NCBI GenBank assembly: GCA_963704725.1
Contig: OY969934.1
Span: forward strand, 3,136,001 to 3,200,000
Direction of reading: 5' to 3'
DNA from: an uncultured Actinomycetes bacterium
GTDB lineage: Bacteria > Actinomycetota > UBA4738 > HRBIN12
DNA: 64,000 bases
The translations under genes were made by a program, and so were the position numbers. How positions within the stretch are numbered: the stretch's first letter is position 1; each line of letters begins with the position of its first letter. The notes beneath the pieces are model-generated. The model was not told the origin of the DNA. It ran no database searches and was given only the letters and a program-made list of their open reading frames with translations. Positions 1 to 8,149 of this stretch are shown here, in pieces.

Positions 1-1376
1 AGCATCATGTTCCCGAGATCGACCGCCTGGCGCCACGGGGACGGTCGCACCTGCACGAAGAACACGTCGATGAGCCGCAGGTGCCCGTCCTGCACCATGA
101 GGTTCGCCGGCTTGATGTCGCGGTGGGCGAGACCGACGTCCCACATGCGCCGGATCATCTGGAGTCCCTCGTCGACGATGCGGTCGTCGATCTCGACGTC
201 GCCGATCTCCTCGCCGCCGTCGAAGAACTCCATCGCGATGAGGTACTCACGCTCTGGGGTGATCTCGACGATCCCGAGTGGCGCGGGCGTCGCGAACCCG
301 TATTCGCCGAGGAGGCGGAGCGTGTAGTCCTCGTACTCGACGAACCGCCGGACCGTCTGGAACGGCGTCTCGTCCTCGAGCCGCCCGTACAGCATCGTCC
401 GGCCGAGCTTGTACCAGCGATCCGCGCGGACGTGGTTCCGGGCGTACAGCTTCGCGAACACCGAGCGCTCAACGCCCTGCTCGTCCACCACGCGCAGCTT
501 CAGGGGAGTGGATCCCCCCGAGCCCTCCAGCCCCACCAGCTTCATCTCCAGGATCGTGAGGCCGAGCTGTTCCTGCATCGCCGCTCGGATCGCCTCGCCC
601 CGGCGGCCGCCGACGTCCAGGTGCGCCGACTTCCCTCGGCGCCCGTACGTCACGGGGAACGTCTCGTTGGGCACGAACGCTCGGAACAGCGACACCGGGA
701 TGGCGACCCCCAGGATCGCGGCGAACACGACGTCGGTGGGGTGATCCACCCCCAGGTAGGTGCGGATGATGCCCACGAACACGACGACCGCCGCGACCAC
801 GAGCTTCGCGTGCCACCGGGGCCGGCCGGGGACGACGAGGAGGTACATCGCCCCCACGAGGACGCCGACCAGCGCCGTGATCGGCAACGACGGCGAGGAG
901 AAGCCCTCCCAGTGCCCGATCGCGAGGACGTCGAACGGGCGGGGACGTGCAGCCAGCGAATACACGAGCGTGAAGACGATCTCGAGGACGGCGAGGCTCA
1001 CGAGGAAGACGATGAGGTGCCGCCACCGGCGGAAGACCGCCCCCAGCCCGACGGACACGAGCCCCAGGATCGGGAGGGCCCATCGGGAGCCCATCGTGTT
1101 CAGGAAGCGTGCGATCGAGTCGAGCCAGGAGGTTCGCGCCGACACGACGACGCGGATGAGGGGGGCGTCGACGCGATCGAGCGGGCCGGTCGAGAGGTGG
1201 AGCCATACCGTCCCGGACACGACGACGAGCAGCACTGCGGCCACCCAGAGCTTGCCCGTCAGGCCGATGACCTTCGGGAGCGGCGGGGGCGCCCCTGTCG
1301 GCCGCCGCCGCCGGTGGACGTCCTGGACGACGACGACTCGTTCTGCCGCCGGTGCCGCCTGCGCCGGTCTCTCCAT
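1..1376 (-). CDS. Membrane PAP2-family phosphatase-like domain fused to a kinase-like (RIO/Kdo/APH-type) domain; 3' end runs off the window
   Basis: Not in the ORF track; translated by hand from ATG at 1376. TM helices with PAP2-like motifs (ARPRP, FSSPS, RTYLGVDHPTDV), then kinase motifs (VFAKLY, LAHRDIKPANLMV, LIDV). Confidence 0.8.
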   Translation of the reverse strand, partial: MERPAQAAPAAERVVVVQDVHRRRRPTGAPPPLPKVIGLTGKLWVAAVLLVVVSGTVWLHLSTGPLDRVDAPLIRVVVSARTSWLDSIARFLNTMGSRWALPILGLVSVGLGAVFRRWRHLIVFLVSLAVLEIVFTLVYSLAARPRPFDVLAIGHWEGFSSPSLPITALVGVLVGAMYLLVVPGRPRWHAKLVVAAVVVFVGIIRTYLGVDHPTDVVFAAILGVAIPVSLFRAFVPNETFPVTYGRRGKSAHLDVGGRRGEAIRAAMQEQLGLTILEMKLVGLEGSGGSTPLKLRVVDEQGVERSVFAKLYARNHVRADRWYKLGRTMLYGRLEDETPFQTVRRFVEYEDYTLRLLGEYGFATPAPLGIVEITPEREYLIAMEFFDGGEEIGDVEIDDRIVDEGLQMIRRMWDVGLAHRDIKPANLMVQDGHLRLIDVFFVQVRPSPWRQAVDLGNMM

Positions 1377-1431
1377 CTCCCCCACCCCGGTCGATCGTGG
1401 CACGGTCGCGACGAGAGGGGAACCCTCCCGG

Positions 1432-1875
1432 TCAGGCGTTCGAGCCGGCCGGTGCGCCACCGCCGGTCGCCGTGTGCGCCCGCGTCAGCTCGTGGATCGC
1501 CTTCGTGAGATCGAGGATCTGCGTGGAGATCGCGAGCAGGTCCTCGTTCTGCTGCCCCTCCGACTGCACCATCCGCCACTCCTGGTCCGCCAGGCGCCGG
1601 CGGGCGTCGTCCTGCCGGTTCTGGCTGATCATCACGAAGGTCGACAGGAAGATGGCCTCGAGCGACACGATCATCGTGAGCAACCCGAACGGGTAGGTCT
1701 CGACTCCCGCGGCGATCCACACGGTGAACCAGACGACGTGGACGTAGGCGAACCACATCGACCCGGCGAACCCCGTGATGGCGTCGGCGACCCGGTTCTG
1801 GACGCTCCGCGCCCGTTCCTCCGCGTGCTCGAGCAGGGCGGGATGGATCGGCTTCCTCGATGCGACGACGGCCAC
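1432..1875 (-). CDS. DUF1003 family membrane protein
   Basis: ADAITGFAGSMWF...YPFGLLTMIVSLEAIFLSTFVMISQNR signature; AAGGAGG RBS. Confidence 0.9.
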   Translation of the reverse strand: MAVVASRKPIHPALLEHAEERARSVQNRVADAITGFAGSMWFAYVHVVWFTVWIAAGVETYPFGLLTMIVSLEAIFLSTFVMISQNRQDDARRRLADQEWRMVQSEGQQNEDLLAISTQILDLTKAIHELTRAHTATGGGAPAGSNA

Positions 1876-1933
1876 GGCTCCTCCTTGACGAGTGCGCGAG
1901 GTGACGATGGCACGAGCCTAGGCCGACGTCGCG

Positions 1934-2128
1934 TCAGGCGTCGCGGCCGCACTCCGGACACCGGTGCCGGCCCGCCGGAACGTCCGGCGGCGCGGACCGG
2001 TTCCCGCAGCGGGCGCAGATGTGCAGCTTGTCGGCCGGCCGATCCCCGGCGGGATCGGGTCGCGGCGGGTTGGCCCTCGGATCGCGGGGCAACCAGCTCA
2101 ACGCGGATCCGCCCTCGGGTGGTCCCAT
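1934..2128 (-). CDS. Small putative zinc-ribbon protein
   Basis: CARC...CPEC cysteine pairs at the C-terminus; fills the gap between STAS and DUF1003 on the same strand. Start uncertain. Confidence 0.5.
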   Translation of the reverse strand: MGPPEGGSALSWLPRDPRANPPRPDPAGDRPADKLHICARCGNRSAPPDVPAGRHRCPECGRDA

Positions 2129-2135
2129 CTCGCGA

Positions 2136-2456
2136 TCATCGGGTGACCGGGCGCGTGAGGAGGTACTCGGTCTCGGTGGACTCGAAGATCCTTCGGATGG
2201 CTCCGAACGCGTTCACCAGCCGGAGGCTCCTGCCCCACGCTCGCACCCGGTGTTCGTAGGACATCACCGCGAGCCACGCCGCGCCGTCCATGAACGTGAG
2301 CTCGCCGAGGTCCAGGACGACGTGGCGGGGGCGCGCCTCGGCGATCGCGTCGTCGAGCTTCGGGACCGCCACCGCGTCGAAGCGCCCGGTCAGATGGACG
2401 TGGGCGACGTCGCTCGAGCTCTCGATGTGAACCCCGAAGAGGTCCGGCTGGCCCAC
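2136..2456 (-). CDS. STAS domain anti-sigma factor antagonist
   Basis: VHLTGRFD...VVLDLGELTFMDGAAW...IRRIFE; AAAGGAG RBS. The usual phospho-Ser (DSS/DST) is replaced by DGA. Confidence 0.85.
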   Translation of the reverse strand: MGQPDLFGVHIESSSDVAHVHLTGRFDAVAVPKLDDAIAEARPRHVVLDLGELTFMDGAAWLAVMSYEHRVRAWGRSLRLVNAFGAIRRIFESTETEYLLTRPVTR

Positions 2457-2569
2457 GGCGTCTCCTTTCGAGGAGGGATCGCGATCACCTCCGGCAAAGG
2501 AGCGTGCCTCTGGGCTCCGGTGTGCGCCCCAACCGCGGACGCGTGCCGGCCGGGACTTGGGGCCAGCCG
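2457..2569 (-). ncRNA. Structured cis-regulatory leader RNA with pseudoknot (possibly che1-like actinobacterial motif)
   Basis: Stem GGCUGG/CCGGCC whose loop CCCCAA can pair with downstream UUGGGG; GGAGC-CCAGAGGCAC-GCUCC hairpin; GGUGAUC; CUCCU-CGAA-AGGAG hairpin over the RBS. Family name is from memory only. Confidence 0.5.
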
Positions 2570-2573
2570 TCCC

Positions 2574-2603
2574 ACGCTAATCGGCGGCGTCCGGGCGAGT
2601 CAA
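2574..2603 (-). promoter_or_regulatory. sigma70/HrdB-type promoter for the STAS leader
   Basis: TTGACT-N18-TAGCGT directly upstream of the structured leader. Confidence 0.55.
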
Positions 2604-2621
2604 TCGGTCGCTTGGGGGTTC

Positions 2622-2816
2622 TCAGTGGTGCTTCGAGACCAGACCGTCCGGCGAGACGTCCCACACCTGACCACTGTCGTCGTCGACCATCGAGACGGTC
2701 GAGCACGACTTGTCGGCCGCGAACCGCGCCGCGCCGACCGCCCGCTCCCAGCTGCGGTACGGATCGGTGCCGTTGCCGATCCGGAGCGTGTACCCGTTGC
2801 TCCGTCTCGGCCTCAT
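2622..2816 (-). CDS. Small hypothetical protein (64 aa)
   Basis: ATGA overlap with the upstream ORF; globular-looking composition. Confidence 0.55.
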   Translation of the reverse strand: MRPRRSNGYTLRIGNGTDPYRSWERAVGAARFAADKSCSTVSMVDDDSGQVWDVSPDGLVSKHH

Positions 2817-3091
2817 CGCCGGTCCACCCGCACCACGCCGTGCTCGCCACGGATGTCGCGCAGCGGGACGCGAAGGAGCTCGCCGGTGCTGGAGCGGACC
2901 ATGTACGTGTTCGCCGCGTCGTCGAGGTACTCGATCGTGCCTGCGACGGTCCGCAGGTATCCGTTCGGAGACTCGATCTCGAACACACGCTCGGCGCGTC
3001 CCAGCCTCGAAACGGGGTCGACCGAAGCCGTGGGCTCGATCGGTGCCCTCGCGGGCACGTCGAGCCGAACGGAGTCCGTCAGCATGGTCAT
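2813..3091 (-). CDS. Small hypothetical protein, YolD/SH3-like beta-barrel candidate
   Basis: GAGGAGG RBS; GYLRTVAGTIEYLD...LRVPLRDI resembles the YolD-like pattern. Confidence 0.6.
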   Translation of the reverse strand: MTMLTDSVRLDVPARAPIEPTASVDPVSRLGRAERVFEIESPNGYLRTVAGTIEYLDDAANTYMVRSSTGELLRVPLRDIRGEHGVVRVDRR

Positions 3092-3199
3092 GGTGCGCCT
3101 CCTCGATCAGAGGGGCGGCCGACGGCCTCGTCGTAGGCGGTCCCGGTGAGCGCTGCTCGCATCCATTGTCTCACGCCGGCTCGTCCCGACGACCGAACG

Positions 3200-4507
3200 T
3201 CATCGCCGCGGGCCGGTCCGCGTTCGGCGCCCGCGGCCGTTCCCCTTCGCGTTGCCGGATCGGTTCCCGCCGCCGTTCGCGTTCCGGTTCCCATTGCCGT
3301 TCCGGTTCCCACTACCGTTCCTCGCCGATCCGTGCTTGTCGATCCGCAGCCCGGCCTGCACGAACTCCGCGTGGAGCTGGAGCTTGGTGGCGATCCGGCC
3401 GACGTCGAGCTGCTGCTCGGGCGTGACGAACGTGATGCCCTCGCCGCCGCGACCGGCCCGCGCGGTGCGACCGACGCGATGCACGTAGTCGGTCTCGTCG
3501 GCGGGCGCGTCGAAGTTGATCACGTGCGTGATGTCCTCGAGGTCGAGCCCCCGGGCCGCGACGTCGGTCGCCACGAGGACGTCGTTGGCCCCCGAGGCGA
3601 AGTGGCCCAGCGCGCGCTCGCGCTGCGGCTGGGACATCCCGCCGTGCAGGGCGCCGGCGCGGAAGCCCTGGGCCTTGAGGTTCCTGGTCAGGCGATCGGC
3701 CCCGTGCTTGGTGCGCACGAAGACCAGCGTGAGGCCGCGGTCGGCCGCCAGCTCGCGCACGAGCGCCGGCGTCTTCGCGGGCTGCTCCACGGCGATGAAG
3801 CGATGCAGGGCCTCCGCGATGACCGGCCGGTCCTCCGCCACCGTGTGCGATACGGGATCGTCGGTGAACCGGGCCGCGAGCCGTCCGACCTCGCCGTCGA
3901 GCGTCGCCGAGAACAGCATCGTCTGCCGCTCCGGTCGGAGCATCTCCAAGATGCGCGTGACGTCGGGCAGGAACCCCATGTCGAGCATCCGGTCGGCCTC
4001 GTCGAGCACGCAGATCCGGACGCGGTCCAGGCGCAAGAGCTTCCGCGCGACGAGGTCGAGCAGCCGCCCCGGCGTGGCGATGAGGATGTCGGCGCGGCGG
4101 GCCCGCTTCGCCTGCGGCCCCATCCCCACGCCGCCGTAGACCGAGGCGACCTCGAGGTGGCGGACGTCGGCGATCGCCCGGAACTCCTCAGTCACCTGGC
4201 TGGCCAGCTCCCGGGTCGGCACCAGGATCAACGCGGCGGGACTGCGGCCGTCGGCGGTGAGGCGCTCCACGATCGGCACGGCGAACGCGAGCGTCTTGCC
4301 CGAGCCGGTTCGCGACCGCGCCAGCACGTCTCGGCCGGCGAGCGCGTCGCCGAGCACGAGCGACTGGATCGGAAAGGTGCTCTCGATCCCGCGCATCGCG
4401 AGAGCGTGGACCACCTGAGCCGAGACGCCGAAGGCGTCGAAGCCGGGCTCGGTCCGGACGGGTGGTGCGGGCGCAGCGTGAGGCTGCGCGGTTCGGATCT
4501 GCTGCAC
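3200..4507 (-). CDS. DEAD-box RNA helicase
   Basis: Q motif, TGSGKT, PTRELA, TPGRL, DEAD, SAT, HRVGRTARAG; Gly/Asn-rich tail. Confidence 0.95.
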   Translation of the reverse strand: MQQIRTAQPHAAPAPPVRTEPGFDAFGVSAQVVHALAMRGIESTFPIQSLVLGDALAGRDVLARSRTGSGKTLAFAVPIVERLTADGRSPAALILVPTRELASQVTEEFRAIADVRHLEVASVYGGVGMGPQAKRARRADILIATPGRLLDLVARKLLRLDRVRICVLDEADRMLDMGFLPDVTRILEMLRPERQTMLFSATLDGEVGRLAARFTDDPVSHTVAEDRPVIAEALHRFIAVEQPAKTPALVRELAADRGLTLVFVRTKHGADRLTRNLKAQGFRAGALHGGMSQPQRERALGHFASGANDVLVATDVAARGLDLEDITHVINFDAPADETDYVHRVGRTARAGRGGEGITFVTPEQQLDVGRIATKLQLHAEFVQAGLRIDKHGSARNGSGNRNGNGNRNANGGGNRSGNAKGNGRGRRTRTGPRR

Positions 4508-4702
4508 ATGATCTCCTCAGGTCCGTGGATGCTCGGTGCGCGGCGAATCAGTGGGCTGCCGCGTGATCGGGAACCCAGGGGCCGAGGGCTCGCGGTGCTG
4601 CGGGGTGGACGAACGCCGTCGCGAGCGGGTCCCGCTCGGGAGCCGCTGCTCCGACAGCGTACGCGATACGCCGGCGGGCGCGACGACCGAGACGCCGGCC
4701 GG

Positions 4703-5020
4703 TCAGCAGTCCGTCGCGGCGCGGAGGGCGGCGCACGGTTCCCCCCGTCGCTCCGCCGAGAGGGTCCCCATCCTGCGCACCAGCAGGGCCTTGGGGAACG
4801 CGAGCACGTTGTCCATCGCCGCGACGCCCTCGGCGGGGAGGCCCTCCTCGGCGCCGACCGGCACCTCCGTGGGGATGCCTCGGATCGTCCGCGTGACAGG
4901 CGCGACGAGGATGGTCCGCAGGACCGGGACCGCCTCGTCGCGCGTCAGCACGAGGTACGGACGCCCCTTCGCGTCCGGGGCCTCGCCCCACCAGATCTCC
5001 CCACGGGCCGGCTCGCTCAC
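4703..5020 (-). CDS. PemK/MazF family toxin (endoribonuclease)
   Basis: RGEIWW...GRPYLVLTRD...VAPVTRTIRGIPTEV; GTGA overlap with the antitoxin. Confidence 0.9.
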   Translation of the reverse strand: MSEPARGEIWWGEAPDAKGRPYLVLTRDEAVPVLRTILVAPVTRTIRGIPTEVPVGAEEGLPAEGVAAMDNVLAFPKALLVRRMGTLSAERRGEPCAALRAATDC

Positions 5021-5268
5021 CACGGCTCCTCGTGGATCGAGCGGATCGCGGCCCGCGTGGCCGCGGCGACCTCGTCGTCGTCCTGGGGGACGCGGCGATA
5101 GCCCTCGACGATCGATTCCCGGACGCGGCGGCGGCGCTCCGCCTCGACGAGCGTCTCGAGTGCCAGCCTCACGGCCTCGGCCTTCGTCTCGAAGCGACCG
5201 GTGGCCACGAGGTCCTCGAGCGAGGAGGCCAGCTCGTCTGGTATGCGAACCGCAATCTGTTCCGACAT
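5017..5268 (-). CDS. Ribbon-helix-helix antitoxin
   Basis: QIAVRIPDELASSLEDLVATGRFETKAEAVR RHH pattern, acidic C-terminus ending EEPW; directly upstream of the toxin. Confidence 0.85.
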   Translation of the reverse strand: MSEQIAVRIPDELASSLEDLVATGRFETKAEAVRLALETLVEAERRRRVRESIVEGYRRVPQDDDEVAAATRAAIRSIHEEPW

Positions 5269-5294
5269 GCGTTTAGCATACCAGCACGCATACC
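5238..5294 (-). promoter_or_regulatory. TA promoter and putative autoregulatory operator
   Basis: Extended -10 TGGTATGCT a few nt before the ATG; GCATACC at 5276 and 5288 and inverted CTGGTATGC at 5238-5246. Confidence 0.5.
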
Positions 5295-5346
5295 GCTGGG
5301 TTGCCGAGGGCGGGCCGCGCCGAGCGACCCGCCCCCGGGTTCCGAT

Positions 5347-6492
5347 CTAGTTGCCACCCTCCACGAGCGTGACCTCGGTGGGCTGGAAGTCCGAGCCCGT
5401 GGTGTCGACGCCGAGGTCCTGCAGTTTGGCCAGGGCCTCGTTCACGATGTCGTTCGTCCATGCCCCGTCGGTGGGGGGCGCGGTGAGCACCGTGGCCCCC
5501 TCGAGGTTCTGGGTGTCCATGGCGATCTGCACCGTGCGGTCCCAGGCTGCCTCGTCGATCACACCGACGCCGCCATCGGCCGGCCAGATGAGCTTGTTGA
5601 TCTCGTTCATCTGCCACAGCTGGTGGCTGTCGCCGAGCTTGGAACCCTTGGCCACGACGACGTTGCGGCACTCCTCGACGTTGTCCCGGCAGTACGCCCA
5701 GCCCTGCAGGCTCGCCGTCACGAACCGCACGGCGATGTCGCGGTAGGCGTCGTCCGAATCGAGTCGCGCGGCGTCGGCCCAGATGGCGTCCTGGAGCATG
5801 CCGACGCCTTCGTCCTCGTAGCTGACGACGTTGAAGTCATCGGGCGAGTAGAGCTCGTCCGTGTCCGGGTTCACCGCCTCCAGCACCTGCGCGTACTCGT
5901 TGTAGGTCATGGCCTCGGCGGCGTCGATGTCCCCGGAGAGCAGGCCGACCATGTCGAACTGCTGCTGCACCAGGCTGACGTCGCTCGCCGGGTCGAGCCC
6001 GTCCTTCGTGAGCGCGGCGAAGATCTCGTACTCGTTGCCGAACCCCCAGTTGCCGATGGTGTGCCCGGCGAAATCGGCGGACGAGGTGATCCCCGCGTCC
6101 TTGAACGAGACCTGCAGCGTCCCCGAGCGCTGGAACACCTGCGCGATGTCCACGATGTTCGCGCCGGCCTCGCGGCTGGCGAGCGCCTTCGGCACCCAGG
6201 CCAGCGCGAAGTCCACGGCGCCGTCCGCGAGCTGCTGCTGCGGCACGATGTCCACGCCGCCCTCGACGATCGTCACGTCGAGGCACTGGTCGGCGTAGAA
6301 GCCCTTGTCCTGTGCCGCGAAGTAGCCGGCGAACTGGGCCTGGATGAACCACTGGAGCTGCAGGCTCACCGCGTCGGTCGAGGCGCAGTCGCCCCCGCCG
6401 CCTCCTCCGCCCTCGTCGTTGCTGCACGCCGTCGCCGCCAGCGCGAGCGCCAGCACGCCGGCGGCCACGACTCGGAACCGCTTGCCCACCAT
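5347..6492 (-). CDS. NMT1/THI5-like ABC substrate-binding lipoprotein (probable pyrimidine/nucleobase uptake)
   Basis: Lipobox LAATAC; LQLQWFIQAQFAGYFAA; start reassigned to ATG after GGGAGGGG. Confidence 0.88.
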   Translation of the reverse strand: MVGKRFRVVAAGVLALALAATACSNDEGGGGGGGDCASTDAVSLQLQWFIQAQFAGYFAAQDKGFYADQCLDVTIVEGGVDIVPQQQLADGAVDFALAWVPKALASREAGANIVDIAQVFQRSGTLQVSFKDAGITSSADFAGHTIGNWGFGNEYEIFAALTKDGLDPASDVSLVQQQFDMVGLLSGDIDAAEAMTYNEYAQVLEAVNPDTDELYSPDDFNVVSYEDEGVGMLQDAIWADAARLDSDDAYRDIAVRFVTASLQGWAYCRDNVEECRNVVVAKGSKLGDSHQLWQMNEINKLIWPADGGVGVIDEAAWDRTVQIAMDTQNLEGATVLTAPPTDGAWTNDIVNEALAKLQDLGVDTTGSDFQPTEVTLVEGGN

Positions 6493-6596
6493 GCGCATCC
6501 CCCTCCCTGCTCTCGTGGGCTCTATCGCTCGCTGCGCTCGCTTCCTGAGCCCCCACACCCCCGAGGCACCGCCCCCCGTGGCCTCGAATCGCCGCA

Positions 6597-7376
6597 TCAT
6601 GCCCCATCGGGCCGGAACCTGCGAGGGGCGCCCGGCGTGGCCACGCGCTCGAGCGTCACCGCCGTCAGGAAGAACGCCAGCCCCAGCAGACAGGCCCCCA
6701 GCACGTACGCCCACGCCGTCGCGTTCGAGGAGATCGCGATGTTGGAGACGATCCGGCTGCCCAGCCCGTTCTGCGAACCGCCGAAGTACTCGGAGACGAA
6801 CGCCGTGATCACGGCGGCCGGCGCGGCGATCCGCAGCGCCGTGAACAGGTACGGGACGGCGTTGGGAACCCGGACCTTCCGCAGGATGGCCATCTCGCTC
6901 GCGGCGTAGGAGCGCATCAGGTCGAGCTGGATGGCGTCGACCTCGCGCAGGCCGCGGGCCACGTTGACCAGCACGATGAACTGCACGACGAGGCTCACCA
7001 TCAGCCGGCGCGGCACCTCGCTCGTGATCGAGAACATGTTGTTGAAGACGGCGACGAGCACGAAGATCGGGACCGCGTTCAGCGCCACCGCGAGCGGGGT
7101 CACCAGGTCGTTCAGCAGCCTGAACCGGCCGAGCACGAACGCCAGCGCCACGCCGATCACGGTGCCGACGAGAAGCCCGATCAGGGCGTTGCCGCCGGAG
7201 ACCCGCGCCGCGCCCCAGATCAGTCCGAGGTTCCCCCGGAACTCGGTCCAGATCGACGTCGGGGTCGGCAGGAAGTAGGGCTTGAGGTCGAAGACCTTCA
7301 CCACGGTCTCCCACAGCACGAGGAACGCCGCCCCGAACACCATCGGCGGGAGCGCGAGGCGGACGAGGCGGCTCAC
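6597..7376 (-). CDS. NitT/TauT family ABC permease
   Basis: Multiple TM helices; LMRSYAASEMAILRKVRVPNAVPYLF EAA-like motif. Confidence 0.9.
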   Translation of the reverse strand: MSRLVRLALPPMVFGAAFLVLWETVVKVFDLKPYFLPTPTSIWTEFRGNLGLIWGAARVSGGNALIGLLVGTVIGVALAFVLGRFRLLNDLVTPLAVALNAVPIFVLVAVFNNMFSITSEVPRRLMVSLVVQFIVLVNVARGLREVDAIQLDLMRSYAASEMAILRKVRVPNAVPYLFTALRIAAPAAVITAFVSEYFGGSQNGLGSRIVSNIAISSNATAWAYVLGACLLGLAFFLTAVTLERVATPGAPRRFRPDGA

Positions 7377-8149
7377 GGCCCCACGCCGGCGCCGCGCAGG
7401 GCCTCGCGCACCTCGGTGACCTTCTTGAAGAACGCGTCGGCCTCGCGCGTCTCCAGGGTCCGCTCGGCGCCGAGGTCGACGTCGACCACGTCGGTGATCC
7501 GCCCCGGCCGCGGTGACATCACGACCACGCGGGTCGACAGGTACACGGCCTCGGGGATCGAGTGCGTGACGAACACGACCGTCGTCGCGGTCTCCGAGCA
7601 GATCCGAAGCAGCTCGGCCTGCATGTGCTCACGGGTCATCTCGTCCAGCGCTCCGAACGGCTCGTCCATCAGGAGGATCGGAGGGTGGGCGGCCAGCGCG
7701 CGGGCGATCGCCACGCGCTGCTGCATCCCACCGGAGAGCTGCCACGGGTGATGCTCCGCGAACTCGGGGAGCTTCACCAGATCGAGCATCTCGAGGGCCC
7801 GGCGGCGGCGTTGAGCCTTGTCCCAGCCCTTCAGCTCGAGCGGCAGCTCGATGTTCTTGGCCACCGTGCGCCACTCGAACAGGCCGGCCTGCTGGAACGC
7901 CATGCCGTAGTCCTGGTCCAGCCGGGCCCGCCGCGCCGGTTTGCCGTTCACGAGCACCTGGCCGGTGGTGGGCTCGACGAGGTTCGCGATCAGACGGAGC
8001 TGCGTCGACTTGCCGCACCCCGACGGCCCGATCAGCGAGACGAACTCCCCCGGCTCGATCGTGAGGTCGATGTCGACGAGCGCGGGCACGGCGTCGGGCC
8101 GGCCCGCGTTGAAGACCTTCGACACGCCTCGGACCTCGACGGCGGTCAC
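7373..8149 (-). CDS. NitT/TauT family ABC ATP-binding protein
   Basis: GPSGCGKS, LSGGMQQR, LLMDEPF, FVTH; GTG start overlapping the upstream permease stop. Confidence 0.93.
   Translation of the reverse strand: MTAVEVRGVSKVFNAGRPDAVPALVDIDLTIEPGEFVSLIGPSGCGKSTQLRLIANLVEPTTGQVLVNGKPARRARLDQDYGMAFQQAGLFEWRTVAKNIELPLELKGWDKAQRRRRALEMLDLVKLPEFAEHHPWQLSGGMQQRVAIARALAAHPPILLMDEPFGALDEMTREHMQAELLRICSETATTVVFVTHSIPEAVYLSTRVVVMSPRPGRITDVVDVDLGAERTLETREADAFFKKVTEVREALRGAGVGP

Noticed and set aside
81-1508. 475-aa plus-strand ORF and other long antisense ORFs (e.g. 17136-20048, 43266-46343, 57036-60311, 60733-63843)
   Set aside because: Shadow frames of real genes, expected at high GC; they are Arg/Pro/Gly-rich and lack motifs.
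3240-3322. Short repeats (CCGTTCC...) as a possible array
   Set aside because: They encode the Gly/Asn low-complexity tail of the DEAD-box helicase.
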